A stretch of DNA of 64,000 nt from Psammoneis japonica (lineage: Eukaryota). Below, piece by piece: positions 48,625 to 62,519 of this stretch (position 1 is its first letter; every line of letters begins with the position of its first letter). Below the pieces are notes generated by a model. The model did not search any database. It was given only the letters and a program-made list of their open reading frames with translations, and was not told the origin of the DNA. The stretch lies in contig QPGO01000128.1 in NCBI GenBank assembly GCA_008632985.1, positions 62,001 to 126,000 of the forward strand. Direction: 5' to 3'. A program made the position numbers and the translations under genes.

Positions 48625-51600
48625 CTACAAAGGCGCAGCTTCAAGCTCCTCTGACATGGCCAATTTTAGACTGCTCCTTCCAAGAACATCTACCATCAGC
48701 CCCTTGTGCCTTAATGAGGCCGACCTGCTGTACCGTTTCCTTCCCTTTACATATGATGAGTATGAATCACCATTCGTTGGCGAAAAGATGGAATGATAAG
48801 TGCTTGACAAGTGGTCACATTTAGCATTTGCTCCCCACTCCCGATACAGACGATGTGCTTCTGTTATGTATGATGACGCCCAGTAATCATCTGCATTTCT
48901 GTGCCAGAAAACGCCTGCTCGTTCATTCGCCAGTGCGGCATCTTGAAGGAAGCCCGCTCTCTTCGCCGTCGTGATCGCAAGGTCGTAAGCTCCTTTTACC
49001 TTGTCACTATCTTCTTTGCTACCAAGGGCCTTGTATTCCGCATCCAAGAGTTGAAGCTTGTGCAGGCAGTTACCAACACCGTGTTTAACCCATTTACGCA
49101 TCGTCTTGATTGTTTTCTTCGCACGAGCTTTGAATTTTCGCTTCCTTGTTCTTTGCGCCAAGTCAAGATATACCAAACCCTCAAAGAATGTAAATATGAA
49201 GTAAACATATTGAGATTTCATGTTTCTACACTGCATTCGGAATTCGTTTGCCATTTCCACGGCCAACTCCAAATCTCCAAAATAATAGGCTAGCTGGAGG
49301 CGTTGAAGCCAAACACCTTGTACAGATGGGCCGTTGCCACCGTTTTCCACGATGTACTCCTCCTGGTTCATCACTTCACCAGTCAAAACAACAGGATCCT
49401 CATTTTGTCCCATAAGGTTCAATATGGACTGCCAATATGGAAGACGCCACTGCAGCGTTGTCACTAGTCCAAGGTCACGGGCTTCGGTTGCGAATGAACG
49501 AAAATCGCTCTCACCAGGCTAGCGGAAGAAGAGAAGTAAAAAGGCAGCGCTTCAGACTTTTATGATCAAAGGCAAGAGAAATAAAATTCGCGAAAAACTA
49601 CGCACCTTGAGTGGAAGGCCAGAGAAGAAATACGCTTGGCAATACAATCCGGCACCAGTTGCAGCCGACTCAATGTCACCAGATTGCATGCCAATGAAGT
49701 GAGTTGTCAAAAGTGGGTCAAGAGAATCCTGAAGCGGCGCTTGCCACGGATTAGGAAAGGAATGCACTAGCAAAAGAACTCGTGCCTTGCATTCCGTTGC
49801 ATGAAGCCTCTCGACCAGCTTTACGGCAAAGCTACCGAACCTATAAGCCTCCTTGAAATGGCCCAAGGAACACAAGAAGGACCCGTAGTTTGCAAAGGCA
49901 AAAGTCGATGCGTTCGTAACACCATACTGGAGCGTAAGCTGCATACTCCGACAGACACAGAGAACAAACAGGTTCGAAGTTTCCGTCCAAAACGTACAGA
50001 CTACCATAAAGTTCAAAATCTTTAACGCCGCAATTTTGTCGCCGTTCTCCATTGCCCTAAGATTCTCAATATCACTGTCGCTTCTATTCCGGAACAATCG
50101 CTTGGTCTTTGTAAGCTCACTCACGACACGCAATGTGGAACAATTCTTGGGAAACGGCTCGCCCAACTCAATCAACACAGCAAACCCAATATCCATTGCT
50201 TGTTGAAACTTCCGTTCTAAGTAAGGAAGCATTTCAACCAAGACAAATATTGCAGGAAGTTTGTCCTTAAGAGAGCGTGCATTTGCCATGACCTTTTCGG
50301 TTGCAGCTTTGCACTCTTCCGTATTCCCGATGCAGAATTGCATTTGCGCGGATGCAACATGGAGCTTGATCGACAAATCGTAGTGGTCAACCCAGGGATC
50401 TTTTTGCGTCAACGAGGACCACGAAGCCAAAGCCTTGATTCCAAAAGAAACATGCTCAGAAGCAGGGACAAAAGCCGATAAGGATATGGCTTTGAGGCCC
50501 ACCTCTAAATTAAAAGCGGCAATCTCAATCATTGTCTCAGGTTGCGAAATACAAGATGAACCTCGGTTCAACTGTTGTGCTGCCATAAACACAAGGCTTT
50601 CTTCTGTGTCACTATCATTTATTAGCATGGACACCGCTTTTCCGATTCGAAAATGCGTTTGATCTCTTTCGGCTAGAGGAATAAGTGAGTATGCCGCCTG
50701 CTGAACACGATCGTGGACGAAGCGATATCGATCTTGTGGCAATTCCTCAATTAGTCCCTCTTCCGTTGCAATGGTGAGGATTTGTGAAACGTCCTTATCG
50801 CTGTCGACCATAATGTCGTCGTCGTTAAGGCCTTGTAGTACGGGAACCAGAAGTGGAATGTTGAATGTGTTGGACCACAAGCTTGCTGCAATCGAAAGGC
50901 AGAATTGAACCTTCTCGCTTAATCTCCCGAGCTTTTTCGCCACAATCTGCAACGCGTTATCACTGATGCTAGTCTTCTCTTGTATTTCTTGTAAATTCCA
51001 TGTCCACTGGAACTGGACCAGCGAATACTGCAATAGCTCCTCCTTCACCAGGAGCTCAACGAATTGCAAAACGAAAAAGACGTTTCCCAGGGTTCTGCGA
51101 TGCACCAATTCAGCGAGTAGAAAAGTATCATCCGATCTAAGGAGACGAGAAAGAATATCATCGACCGTTTTGGCATTCAAATTTTCAATTTCAATGATCA
51201 CGCCCTTCTTATCATCGATCAGCTCCTTAATGTTGACTGTATCATCGTCGTCCCGAAACGCACAAATCAGCATTATTCCGCATTCCGTCATCGCTATGGT
51301 CTTGATCAGTTCCAAAGAAGATTGATTGGCCCATTGGATATCATCCATAAATATTATCAGTGGATGAACATGAGCAGTGATAGCACGAAGGAAGGCTCCA
51401 AACAAGTACTTTAGCTTGTGAAAGACCTTCGAAAGGTCATGCGCGATATGAGCACTATCGATGGTTTGTTCTCCAAGCACCTCACCCAGTCTAGGAATCA
51501 AGCTTGCCAAAATGTGTGCTTCTGATCCTACCGCTTCCCTAATGCAGGTTCGAATTTCTTCTATATCGTGTACCAGACCAACCAAAGCATTCATCGCGGC

Positions 51601-51927
51601 TGCCAACGCGGCAAAGGGCTTGCCTTCCCGGAATTGATTGAATTTTCCAGTCACAAAGAATCGTTTGGAAGTGTTACAGAAGTGGTGCACAAGAGCCGAT
51701 TTTCCCGTTCCCGAAGCGCCCCGAACCCACACTGTGCAACTCTGGCTTTCAACGTCTTTAAAAATCTCGTGCAACTGATTCAATTCATGGGAGCGTCCAA
51801 CAAGTGGCAATTGCTTCGTCTCGAGTTTTGACAGTTCAGCTCCAAGGGATCCACTGTTTTCTTCGGGAGGAGAAACGGGGGAGGGCGATTTAAAAGTAAA
51901 TCTTTTTTCAGTTCTTTTTTCCTTCAT
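48625..51927 (-). CDS. STAND-class AAA ATPase (AAA_16-type) with helical-repeat C-terminus; exons 51927-49606 and 49518-48625
   Basis: LVGR..EL, Walker A GASGTGKS, Walker B IIFMDDIQWA, GNVFF, FVHDRVQQAAYSL, DAALANERAG, WGANAK; in-frame 87-nt GTGCGT..CTAG intron 49519-49605. Confidence 0.9.
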
Positions 51928-53499
51928 TTTTACGGGTCTATTGTTGCTGTTGTCGTCGCTCAATGTGATGTGCTTTGCATCGCTTGTGCACATGCAGTCA
52001 AAAACGACAAGGCAACAAAATGCGATGCTGCTGTTTTGGGTTGTGCGGGCCCAAATGAGAACTGTTGTGTCAGCGGGTCATGTATCGTGATGAGTGCGCG
52101 GCATTCTGCAAACATGGAGGCCCATGTGCGGTGTGACAACTCTCCAGTCAGTCTGGCACAATGCAACAGGCTTTTCTTCGCGGGTGTTCATGACACTCAG
52201 CTTTGTTCATCATTCTTCTTTTGCAATTCTGACAAAGAAGGTTGTTTGTTCTTCCACTCCATTGTGGGCTTCATTGTTGAGCTTGGGAGACAATGGAGTG
52301 TGTGTGAGAACCAACATGGGGCAGAATTTGCTGTTGCTTTGGCAGAGAGCTGTGCTGAGGCAAAGACGCCCTCTCTTTTGATGACATGGACACACAAAAA
52401 GTGCACAGCTGGGGAAGAAAATGCAAGCATGAGGTCACATGATGCAGAAATTCAAAGGATCATGGACTTGCAGCAGGGCCTCCAACAGACTGCTGCAGCG
52501 GTGTTTTTTGCTTCCCTGCTGGGTCCTTTTCATTGCCCAACTGTGGCATGTCAATGAGTCAGCCACAACTGACAGCCTCCATTTGAACTTTTGTTTTGTG
52601 AAAATGGTGGGAATGGTTGCAGGTGAAAAAGCAGTTTTGTGTGCATTGTTTGCACTTTTCACGTGTGTCATTGGCCACTCATTGTTGCTTGTCACTCCTC
52701 AGCCATTCTTGGAGCTCATCCCTGTTTGTGGCTCAGATCTCTGCTTGGTTGTTTCAAGAAGGTTGTCAGCATGCCACACTGTCATGGTGGACATTGTTGA
52801 CATTGCAAGAACTTGACATGCCAGCATTGTGAGTGGTGCCTTGTCTCTGGCATTTTCTTGTCTCCAGCTGGTTTGGCGCATGTGTGCTGCACACTTTGCC
52901 TGTCTTTTGCACACTGCATCTTGACTTGCATCATTTCTTCATTGTGCTGGAGAGACATTCCAAATGCTGCACTGGCATGGCAGGCATTGCAGCTGTTGTG
53001 AAAAACAGTTTTGCTCACCTTGCTTGACCCTGCCATTTTTGAGCTGATGTTGCTTTTCAAATCCTTGCGGCTCTCTGGTGCAATTGTGGCTGGAGGCAAA
53101 GGGGATCCTGGTTGTGACAAAAGGAAGGGCAAATGGGCAACCAAAGCAACAGCAAAAACCAACAGAGCTGTTCATTTGTGAAGACTGTGGCAACTGGCTT
53201 GAGCGCTGCGTGGCACTTGAGATGCTTTGCAGCTGCAGGTTTGTCAACCAGCTTCCTTGGTGGCAGACATTTGAAAGCATTTTTGTGACAATGTTTGATC
53301 TTGATTGCAGCCAAGCAGGTTAACCTGCTGCTTCTTAGATGAAAGAGAAGGTGTCCCATGGTGGCACACATGTGCTTTCTCCAAGGCCAGCTCACATGAT
53401 GCCTGAAAAGCCTGGATGTTGCTGAGCTCTTGGCCTCTGGCCTCCTGAAAGTCAGCTGCTGGGAAATCATTCATGCCCCCACTGCAAGTCCCTCATTGG

Positions 53500-54350
53500 A
53501 GCTTTTGCCATTGATGATGTGAGTGGAGACAAGCACAGTGACCAGGAACTCTGACATGGTGAAAGAGACATTTTTCAGCGGAGAGTCCCCCATGTTGTCA
53601 TGAGCATGTGAAGCCAGCAGTGATCACCAAATGGCTGCTTTAGAAATGGACTGGCTGCTGCACCTCCAACTCTTGAAACAACAGCAGCAGGGCCCAGCTC
53701 AAGGATGTGCTTGTCAAAGCAATGGTTGCTTTAAGTCTGTGGATGGGACAGGCGTGCCACCCTTTGCCACATCTTTGAAGTGTGCTTCTCTTCCAAAAAG
53801 GGCAAGAGACCAGTTGCGCCACCAAACAAACCACCAGTGGATTTTCTGCCAACACAAAAACACAAGGCAGACGTGACTCATGTGGCAATGTTCTGAATGA
53901 GCCCTGATGGTGCTGCTCACACAGCCACAAAGCTTTTGCCATTGAGAATGTGAGTGGAGACAACTGTGGCAATCAGGAGCTCCAACGTGGTGAAAGAGAT
54001 TTTTTGCCAGCAGAGAGTCACAAGACATCATGCTGACCTGTCTTGTGAGCATGTCAGGGGACTGACTGCTGCACCCCCAACTCTTGAAATGACAGCAGCT
54101 GAGTCCAATTTCAAGGCTGTGCCTGTCAAATCACCAGTTGTTCCAAGTTTGTGGGTGGCACACACCCTCCACCACATTTTGAAAAGTGTGCTTCTTCCAA
54201 AAAGGGGGCAAGACATCAGGTGTGCCACCAAACAAGCCACCAGCAGATTCTCTGCCAGCACAAAAACACGAGGCAGACATGACTGGTTTGTCTTTTCCAT
54301 CAAGTGGATGCCTCGTGTGTCACTCTCCTGGATGAGCCCTGCTGTGGCCC
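53500..54350 (+). repeat. Diverged tandem duplication, ~430-bp unit; further short repeats 54660-54800/56010-56150 and 52170-52270/57540-57620
   Basis: GCTTTTGCCATTGA..ATGTGAGTGGAGACAA..GGTGAAAGAGA and CCAACTCTTGAAA..CTTCCAAAA occur twice ~430 bp apart. Confidence 0.8.
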
Positions 54351-56399
54351 CCACTCCACTCTGAGACTGATCTTGGCAATGAAACAATCAGTCAACAACA
54401 ATGGCCACAATGACAAATGTGCAGCTGCAAGCTGAATCACACCTGGTGACAGTTCTCAATGCCAGTTCCGCCAATTTTCACAAACAAAGGTCCTGATGGA
54501 AGCTGTCAATTGTGGGCAACAAAGGCCTGATGGAGAAGCCGAAGAAAGTTTGGCAAAAATGCAGCAGTGTGCACTGTGCTGAGGAAAGAAACCATGGTCA
54601 TGGACAGACTTGCAATGGTTGCAAATGAGCCAAATTCTGCAAATGGGAGAAGCCATGCTGGTGCAGCTGCAACCTGCTGCAGGCTTTTGCTGCTGTCAGT
54701 CAACAGTGATGTGGAAACTTTTTCTCCCTGTCCTCTCTTGAAACGTCTGTGTGCAGGGCCAGTGTTTTCTTTGCTTCACAGACAAGTGACAAGAGAGAAG
54801 GGTGGTGTGTCATTGTGTGTCATCTTCAGGGCGTGTGCATCTATTTTTGAGTGCATCACATTTTCAAACAATTGCCATCACTCCCAAATGGGAGAATTGC
54901 AATGAGTGGAAACAAGGTCCTGGTGAAGGTTCACTCCATGTGCAATTTCTGACACTCTCACTCTTTCTTTTTGTCTTCAATGATGCTGTCAGGTTGGCCA
55001 TTGATTGGCCAACAATTTCTGGACTGACAAACTCAGTTGGTCAGTGGAAAACAGCAGGGGAAAGAAGCCGCCCCCAGCCAGCACCACTTGATCCTTTGCA
55101 CAGAAAACAGCCTGTGGAGCAAGCCACTGGAGCACAAGCCAGCCACTGCAGCAGACCTCACACACAGCTCTTGCACTTGCATCAATGGCTGTTTGAAAAT
55201 GACTTCTGGTTGCGCAAGAGTGGCACACATGCCCTCGAGAACTGCCAGCTGAACACACTCACAGCTTGAGGCAGCACTGCCAAGCCAGAGACCACCCAAA
55301 ACAGTGCTGTCATCAATGGAGGCAACAAAAAGAGGTGTCACTGGTCATGGTTGCTTTGCTGTCTGATGGCATGGTCTGATGCCCATCAGGAGTTGGGCTG
55401 GGAAAAAGGAAGAGAGGCTGGGTGTGGCCATTGTCTTTGCACTGCCAGTGGTTGCTGGAAGTTGTGTGTGTGTGTGAACAAAGATGGCTGAGGCTGAAGA
55501 AACATGAAAGGCATCAACCTGTTGCCAACATGGTGTGCACATGGGGACAGCCCTGATGAGAAACACAGGGGGGGGCTTGTCTTGTCAGCGTTTGTCCAAA
55601 AAGATTGCCCCTCACTCCCAAACTTGGCCCCCAGACAAAGACCTGCCCTGTTGGTCAAGTTGGGTGTGTGCAACAACAACACTTTGCAGCTGCAAAAAAT
55701 TTCTACATCATTTAAGGAGACAAGGCCCAAGGCATCACCACACTCTCAAACTTGGGTCAAGAAGTGCCACTTGACAACCACATCAGTGATTGCTGCTTGG
55801 AAATGAGTGAGCCCCGAATGATGACACAGGCTGCGCTTTCAACTCTCATCTCATTGCAACCACAAACACAAAGGGTGCTTGTGTTGGGAGTTGTGTCTCA
55901 CACACAAACAAACCTGCAAATGCATGATGTCATTTCCATGGTGTGTGGGGGTGGAACAGAGGAGTCAGGGTGGTTTTTGTTTGTTGGTGCACAGAGAACA
56001 ATTCTCTGCAAATCCAGCTGCAACATGTGGCAGACTTTTGTGGCTGTCAGTCAACAGTGACACACGGAAACTTTTTGTCCCTGTCCCTCTTGAAACATCC
56101 GTGTGTGGGGGCAGTGTTGTCTTTTCTTCAGAGACAAGTGACAAGAGAGAACAGGCATTTCGAGTCAACTGCATGCATGAGGTTGCACAGCAAATGCTCA
56201 TCACTTGAAGCACAAAATTGGAGCCACAGAGCTGGATCAAGTGGGTGGTGCATTTGCCAGAAGACTGCATGGAATTCCCATTCAAAGCTTGGCATCAGTG
56301 CAGTCAATTGTGTTGAATCCTTCATGGCCCAATGTGCCCATCAACCTGAATGGTCAAACCTGTCACATGCTTTGATGTTGGCAAAAACAGGATTGCATG

Positions 56400-57040
56400 T
56401 CCCATGTCATCAGATTCACCACTTGTCACATTGTTCGGGGGCATTGATCCCAACATCTGTGTTGGCAAGACCTGGTGACAAGACATTCTTCACCCAAATC
56501 CCATGATCACTGCCCAAGTTGTTGGCCAAGCCCCCAGTGGCAGTTTTGAGTCCTGCGTCAGCTGTTGCCAGTTGATGCTTTCCCAGGATGTTGTGCCAAC
56601 ACTCCCAAAGTGAATGTGATCAAACCTCCATTGGACAGTTTTGATGCACCAAACAATGCAATTGACAACTGCAGCAACAATTTGAGATTGATTTGCTTCA
56701 CAAGACCAGTGCAGCCATCGGAACCTTTGATGGATGAAGTTCCATTTGACAGTCTGGCCATGACAACCAAATGATCAATCGATCCTTTTTTGCAGCCATT
56801 GAAGCAAGCTTTCATGGCATTGGTGTCAGTCATGTCAAGGAGTTTTGTCATCACTGCACTGCCATCAATCGGCTTGGAACACATGACATTGAGTTTGGTT
56901 TCAGCTTGGGTTGACACAATGATTTCTTCTGACCAACCAGTGCAACTCTTGCTCTGGATGCACAAGCTGCCACTGCCCTGGCCTTGCCCATCCCAGATGA
57001 ACCACCAAAAAACACAACAGTTGATCCTTCCATCAACAAC
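56400..57040 (-). pseudogene. Decayed short-chain dehydrogenase/reductase gene (limits approximate)
   Basis: EGSTVVFFGGSSGMGKA..ARVALVG, LLDMTD..GSIDHLVV.A, GGLITFT.G.L..HPG in different frames. Confidence 0.65.
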
Positions 57041-60000
57041 AACTCCAATGGAGAAGAAGATGCCATGGCAACAAAGCAGCCTGGCTTGGTTTTGCAAAGT
57101 TTTTGTTTCACATTTTTGAGCAAACATCTCATTGGCAGATGCCGGCAACCTCACCAGTGTGACTTCAGGGTTGTTTGGAGACTTTCAAAGTTTTTCAAAA
57201 AACACAGCAAGACGTCACATGTTCAGACTGGAAATGGGTTGTGAGCTCCAGTTGCCATCTCAAATTTGGCAGTGTGCATGTTTGCAAGAGAGAAATCATG
57301 ATGTGCACTGACAACATGTCACTGTTCAACAATGACATTGCTGCCCAGAACAAAACCAAGGATCCTGTGCATGCATGGGATTGAGTCAATCTGGGTCAAT
57401 TTTTGTCATCAAGGTTGTGCTTAGAAATCATCATGCACCCTCCTTCTTGCCTGCCCACATGCCCCCAGCATGGGTGGGGGTGTCTGTGGGGGTGTCACTG
57501 CAGCCAGACTCCTTTCAGCAGGTGGCAGCACTGCAGGCTGTTCTTCATGGGTGTTCTTCATGACACTCAGCTTTGGTCAGAGAAGGTTGCCTCTTGCTCT
57601 TTTCACTCCATTGCAGCTGTCAGAGAGCTCTCACCATTGGGCACTGAGTGGTGACTCTCACCTTGTTTGGAGTGCCCAAACCCACACTCTGCCCCTTCCC
57701 TGTTGGACAACAAAGTGTTCCCAGATGCAGAAATGGGCTTTGTTCAGTGGTGCCCCATTGCAGATGCTCTGGCTCCAGGCTGGGGTGCTTTGCATGAGAC
57801 ATCTGCACCCATTGCCATGCTGGTGCTTTCCATGGTCTGGATCGGTGCTTTGCATGAGACACTCTGCACCCATTTTGGCAAACACTGCTGAGTGCTGTTC
57901 TGCCATGGGTCAGTTGGGCACACTTCTGTTGATCTGCATTGGGCAAAGGGCTGCCAGGACAAGCAGCACTGTGTGACTGACTTTCTCTCCCAGCCAATTG
58001 AGCATGAGAGAGCTGACAAACGGTTGGGTTGACACCAAGGTTTCTGCTCTGCAACACTCCATTGGTGCCCGGTGTGCCCTCGCTGCTTGAAAGCTGGGCT
58101 GTTCAGGGTTCTTCTGTTTCACTTCATTTGAGAGCTCCTGTGCTGAGGCAGAGACATGTCCCATTGACACCTTTCAGGGGTTGCTGGGGTTGGCAAGCAT
58201 GGCAGTTTTGCTGGCACTGTTGGCACCATGAGGGATGTGTGATGGAATGCATGGTGCCACACACTGGCTGTGGGTGCAGCTTGTGTTGGCTGGCAATCCA
58301 CAGTCTGCCACAACAGAGAAAAGCCCATGTGTGAATGGTTGTGGGTGAGGCTGCCCTCATCTCTGCAAGTTGTGGGTGACTGCTGAGGTTGCTGAGGCTG
58401 TTGACAAGAGCCAGGGGTGGCTCCTGACAAGACTGACATCATGGGGTGCCTCTAAGGCACAGGGTGGGGGTGCCACCTCTTGATGTGTGATGACTCAAAT
58501 TCACAGCTTGACAGGGCTCACCGGCCTTCCAAAGGTGGTGGTTGGGGCCATTTGCCCCAGCTGTGGACACCACTCTTTTTTTGGCATTGTGGTTGCAGGC
58601 ATTGTGGTTGGCAGCATTGTTGTGGTGCAAGCAGTGTTTCAATTGGAGGCACTGGCATTTTGGAGCAGCGTGGGCAGCACCAGCAATGATGCTGTCTTCT
58701 GCTTCAGCTGCAATGAAGCAAAAATGTTGACAGCAACAGCACAGGCTTCTGAGGCTGCAGTGGGTTCATTGTTTTGTCATCACCAAGTTCAAGAAATCTG
58801 CAGTCACCAAGTTGAAACTCAGCTTGGGCATCATGGGTTGGTGTGCACACATCATGAGTCAGTGTGCCAGCCTGGGTGCATCATGCACACATTGCCCTGA
58901 GGGAACTGTGCATCATTGGGGTGTCCATGAAGCACAGGAGTGGCCCCAATGTCCCCTGAAACATTTTGCTGTTGCAGCAGTGCTCAGAGAAGGACACAGA
59001 TTTGGTTGATGAGAGCAGAGTGGTGCCAGACTTCATGATCCCATGCAAGTCAGGGGAGTCCACAGAGTGGGTGAGGTGGTCCACACAACAGCAACAAATG
59101 CTGAGGCAGCATGCTCTGACACAGAGTGGGGCTGAGTGGGTCCACAGCAGTCATCAGGCCAGATGGTGTGAATGGCAGTTGTGGAGCCAAGGCACAGTGT
59201 GGGAGGGTGACTTGTGTTCCTCATGGCAGGCCAAAGCTCCTTGGTGATGCCTGAAACAGCCCACCTGGCAGCCTTGAAAACATCATGAGTTGACCTCAGA
59301 TGAGCATCAAGACCCTGCCAGTTTTGCCACTCACAATGGGTGGAGCGGCGATGCTGCTGAACTGCTCACAAAGGGTTTCTGCCAACACATCTTTGGCCAC
59401 ACAACAAGACACAAGTGGGCCAGATGGGGGTGCAAATGAAGTCAAGAGGAAGCGGGGATGTCCTCACAATCACCCATGATCCTTTTCATTGCATCTGTGA
59501 CAGCTGGCTCACTCTGACTTGTCTGCTCAGTGGCAGCCTTGGCAGAGAGATGAGGCAAGCAAGGAGAGCATCATCAAGTTTGTTGGCACAGTTGTTGGCC
59601 ACCTTTTGAGTGAATGCAGCCTTAAACATTTTACAGGTGGACCCCACCAGGGATGACCCCCATTGCCTCAGAAGCAGCTGACTCCCCATGAGTGCAAGCT
59701 GGGTTGTTGATGCCAGCTTTTCTGGAGCAGCTTGTTTGCTGGAAGAACACCTCTGCAGGTGCTGCAAGAAGGCAGCTTTGCGGCAGCCTGAAAAGCTTGT
59801 GCAGTCTGTTTGTTCAGGGCAGGAATGACCTTCTGGTCAAGTGCAGTGCAGCTGCCATGTTGGCGCCATCTGTGACCTCCATTTAGAGTTGACATGAGTC
59901 CAAAAAGTCTCTGACAAGTTCTTGCCTCTTTGTCAATGTTGGAGCAGCTGTTGATCCACATGGGTGACCAGCTGGTCTTGGCCAATCTGGCCAAGCTGCC

Positions 60001-60798
60001 TCAACTGGCCTTGACAATGCATCTCAGGCTTGGGCATTCTTGCAGTTGGCTGAGCACGCTGGTGGCAGCATCCTGCCTGTGACCAGTGCCACCGCTGTCG
60101 ACAGAGCACAGCAGAGCTCGTGCGCCAAGCGCTCTGTCGGCATCTCAACAGTGCTGGGAAAGACCAACTGTGCTGTGTCTCATTGGTCAGCATGGGGGCC
60201 TCCCTTGTGGTTGCACATGAGCATTGCTGACTTGCTGACAGGTCCCTGCATCTGCGCAGGATCGGCACACCCACCAAGAAGCTCATTGGCTGGTGCTCTC
60301 CAGCAACTCCAAATGTCGCAGAGAAGAAGTCTGCAAGAACATTTCCTCAAGTTTCACTTTTCTGCACAACCCTTGTGAAATTTTGATCAGGTGTCTTGGC
60401 AGACAACTGACAACAAGCAATTGCTCTAAAATCGAACGCCAGGTGCATTCATTTTCTGCCATTCTTTTTTCTCACCCAAAGCAAGCCTCTGTCACCAATG
60501 GATTTTTCATTTTACAGCATGTCATTTTCTGAAGGATGCCCCCATCGAGCGTGCGATAGTCGTGTGGCGCAACAGCGGAGGGAAAGTGTGAAATTTTGCG
60601 TGTATTCCTGAAATGACATCTACGTGGCATCAGAAGTTCATGTCACGCAGTATGTACTTCAATTTTATTCCTTCTGCACTTTTTACTTTTTCTTACAAGA
60701 TTCACAAAAAATGAATCAATCATCGCATGAACCATACGCAGTGCAACGACGGATCACAATCTCGCTGTTGACACCACACCTGTCAATCTATCTGCAGT

Positions 60799-61848
60799 AT
60801 GAACAAGATTCTCGGATTAGAAAGAAAGACCTGGAGGGCGGCAGTTGCCGAATTCGTGGCCATGACGCTGTTTGTTTTCGTTGGATGCGGCACCGCAGTC
60901 TCTGTTCAGACGCAGCAAATTGCAAATAGTCCGCCCGAATCTAACGACTTCATCACGGCGGTAGCGATGGCTTTTGGGTTTGCAATTGCCGTCCTTGTCT
61001 ACTGCATTGCTTCCTACAGTGGTGGGCACATCAACCCTGCTGTGACATTTGCTTTTCTGCTCTTGAGAGAGTTGAGCATTGTCGAAACGGTCTGCTACTG
61101 GATCGCGCAGATGCTGGGTAGTATGCTGGGTGCAGCCATTCTCTGGGGCTGTGTTGCAGGTCAACAGTAAGTCTACAACTGAAACAGTACATGATGCTTC
61201 CATGGTGTTATCTCTAACGCACTTGTTGTGTGTTGCGCCCTATGCTCTATGTCATGTAGAATGGAAGAGATTGGTGGACAACCCCCTTTCACCTTGGCTT
61301 CCAATCAAGTATCGGAATTCGAAACAACCGCTGCGGCCTTTCTCATTGAATGTATGGGCACCTTTCTGTTGGTCTTTACCGTCATGATGACAGCCGTCTC
61401 CCCCAAGAGTCATGCGGGCAACCTTGCGCCAATTGCCATTGGTTGGTCTGTCATGTTGGCCCACTTTGTGTTGATCCCCTATACAGGATGCGGAATCAAC
61501 CCGGGCAGGTCGTTTGGCCCGCACGTGGTGAGCTCCATGGCGGGTGTTGACTCAAGTAAGAGGGGTACTTGGATCTTCTATGTCGCTCCCTTTGTTGGTT
61601 CGGCCTTTGCTACTGGATTTGGAAAGTTCTTTATGAATGAATCGAGGGCCATGGATGAAGAGCAGGCTGAAGAGAATGAAGAAAAGATGATAAGCAGAGG
61701 ACTCATTTCTAACCGTCCACCAGCCTACAGCAAAAAGATATCTGCAGCAAAAGATCTTGTCACCAAAGCTTTACCGGTATTAGAAAAGGTCGAGGAGGAG
61801 GAGAAGGCAGAAGAAACTCCGGAAGTAGGCCAGGAAGAGGAGAAGTAG
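60799..61848 (+). CDS. Aquaporin (MIP family); exons 60799-61166 and 61260-61848
   Basis: AEFVAM, SGGHINPAVT, E..GTFLLVFTV, YTGCGINPGRSFGP, WIFYVAPFVG; phase-compatible GTAAGT..TAG intron 61167-61259. Confidence 0.95.
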
Positions 61849-62519
61849 TACCTTGTGTCGGTCGCCGGGGACATGATCGATTGCCACCACTTGTTCTTGC
61901 ATGCATAAGTATTTATGTAAAACAAACCTTTTAGTGCTTAAGTTATCATGAAACTACGAAGCACTTCTCCTGAGTCAAACATGTGGCTTCTAATGCTATG
62001 GAACATGGGACGAGGCACAATCAAGACTATTAATTCGTCCTATACATACGAGGAAAACGATGGCCATTGAACCAGTCCATTGAATTCTGTCCCCTTCTTC
62101 GGCCTTTTTGACGGGACGTACACAGAATTATCCCAAGCCTTGCTGAGGTCTTTCTCCACTATACCGCCCCTACATACAAATTAAGGCTTGATACTCCTTC
62201 TACTTCATACCTGAGAGCCAATGTCGCCCATTACAGTGCACTTTAAGCTTGACTAGCAGTTCGATTAAGTCGTAGAGCATGCCATTGAGACTCTTCGAGA
62301 TCAATTCTCTATATATTGGTGGGATCCTCTCAAAAACGAGACTCATAATTCTAGTCAGAATTGGAAATCACACGCGGGTAAGGAAGGTCGTCATAAAGCC
62401 CCCCGAGGCCAAATATGCTGAATCAGTTTCTTCATCCGCATCGTTTTCACTGTTGCCAGATTTCGAATTCTCTCATTCCAAATCCAGGATTGTGATTATG
62501 TGACATTGGCTGCCGGGTT

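Larger units (their letters stand above)
51945..60600. other. Largest TpA- and CpG-depleted block
   Basis: Only about 15 TpA seen by eye in ~8.6 kb; CpG also rare; TG/CA saturated. Confidence 0.95.

Noticed and set aside
48625..51927. Bacterial contamination suggested by the bacterial-like STAND ATPase
   Set aside because: Gene has a spliceosomal intron and a decayed paralogue nearby among diatom genes.
57400..60400. Decayed retrotransposon
   Set aside because: No RT, integrase or LTR features could be recognised with confidence.
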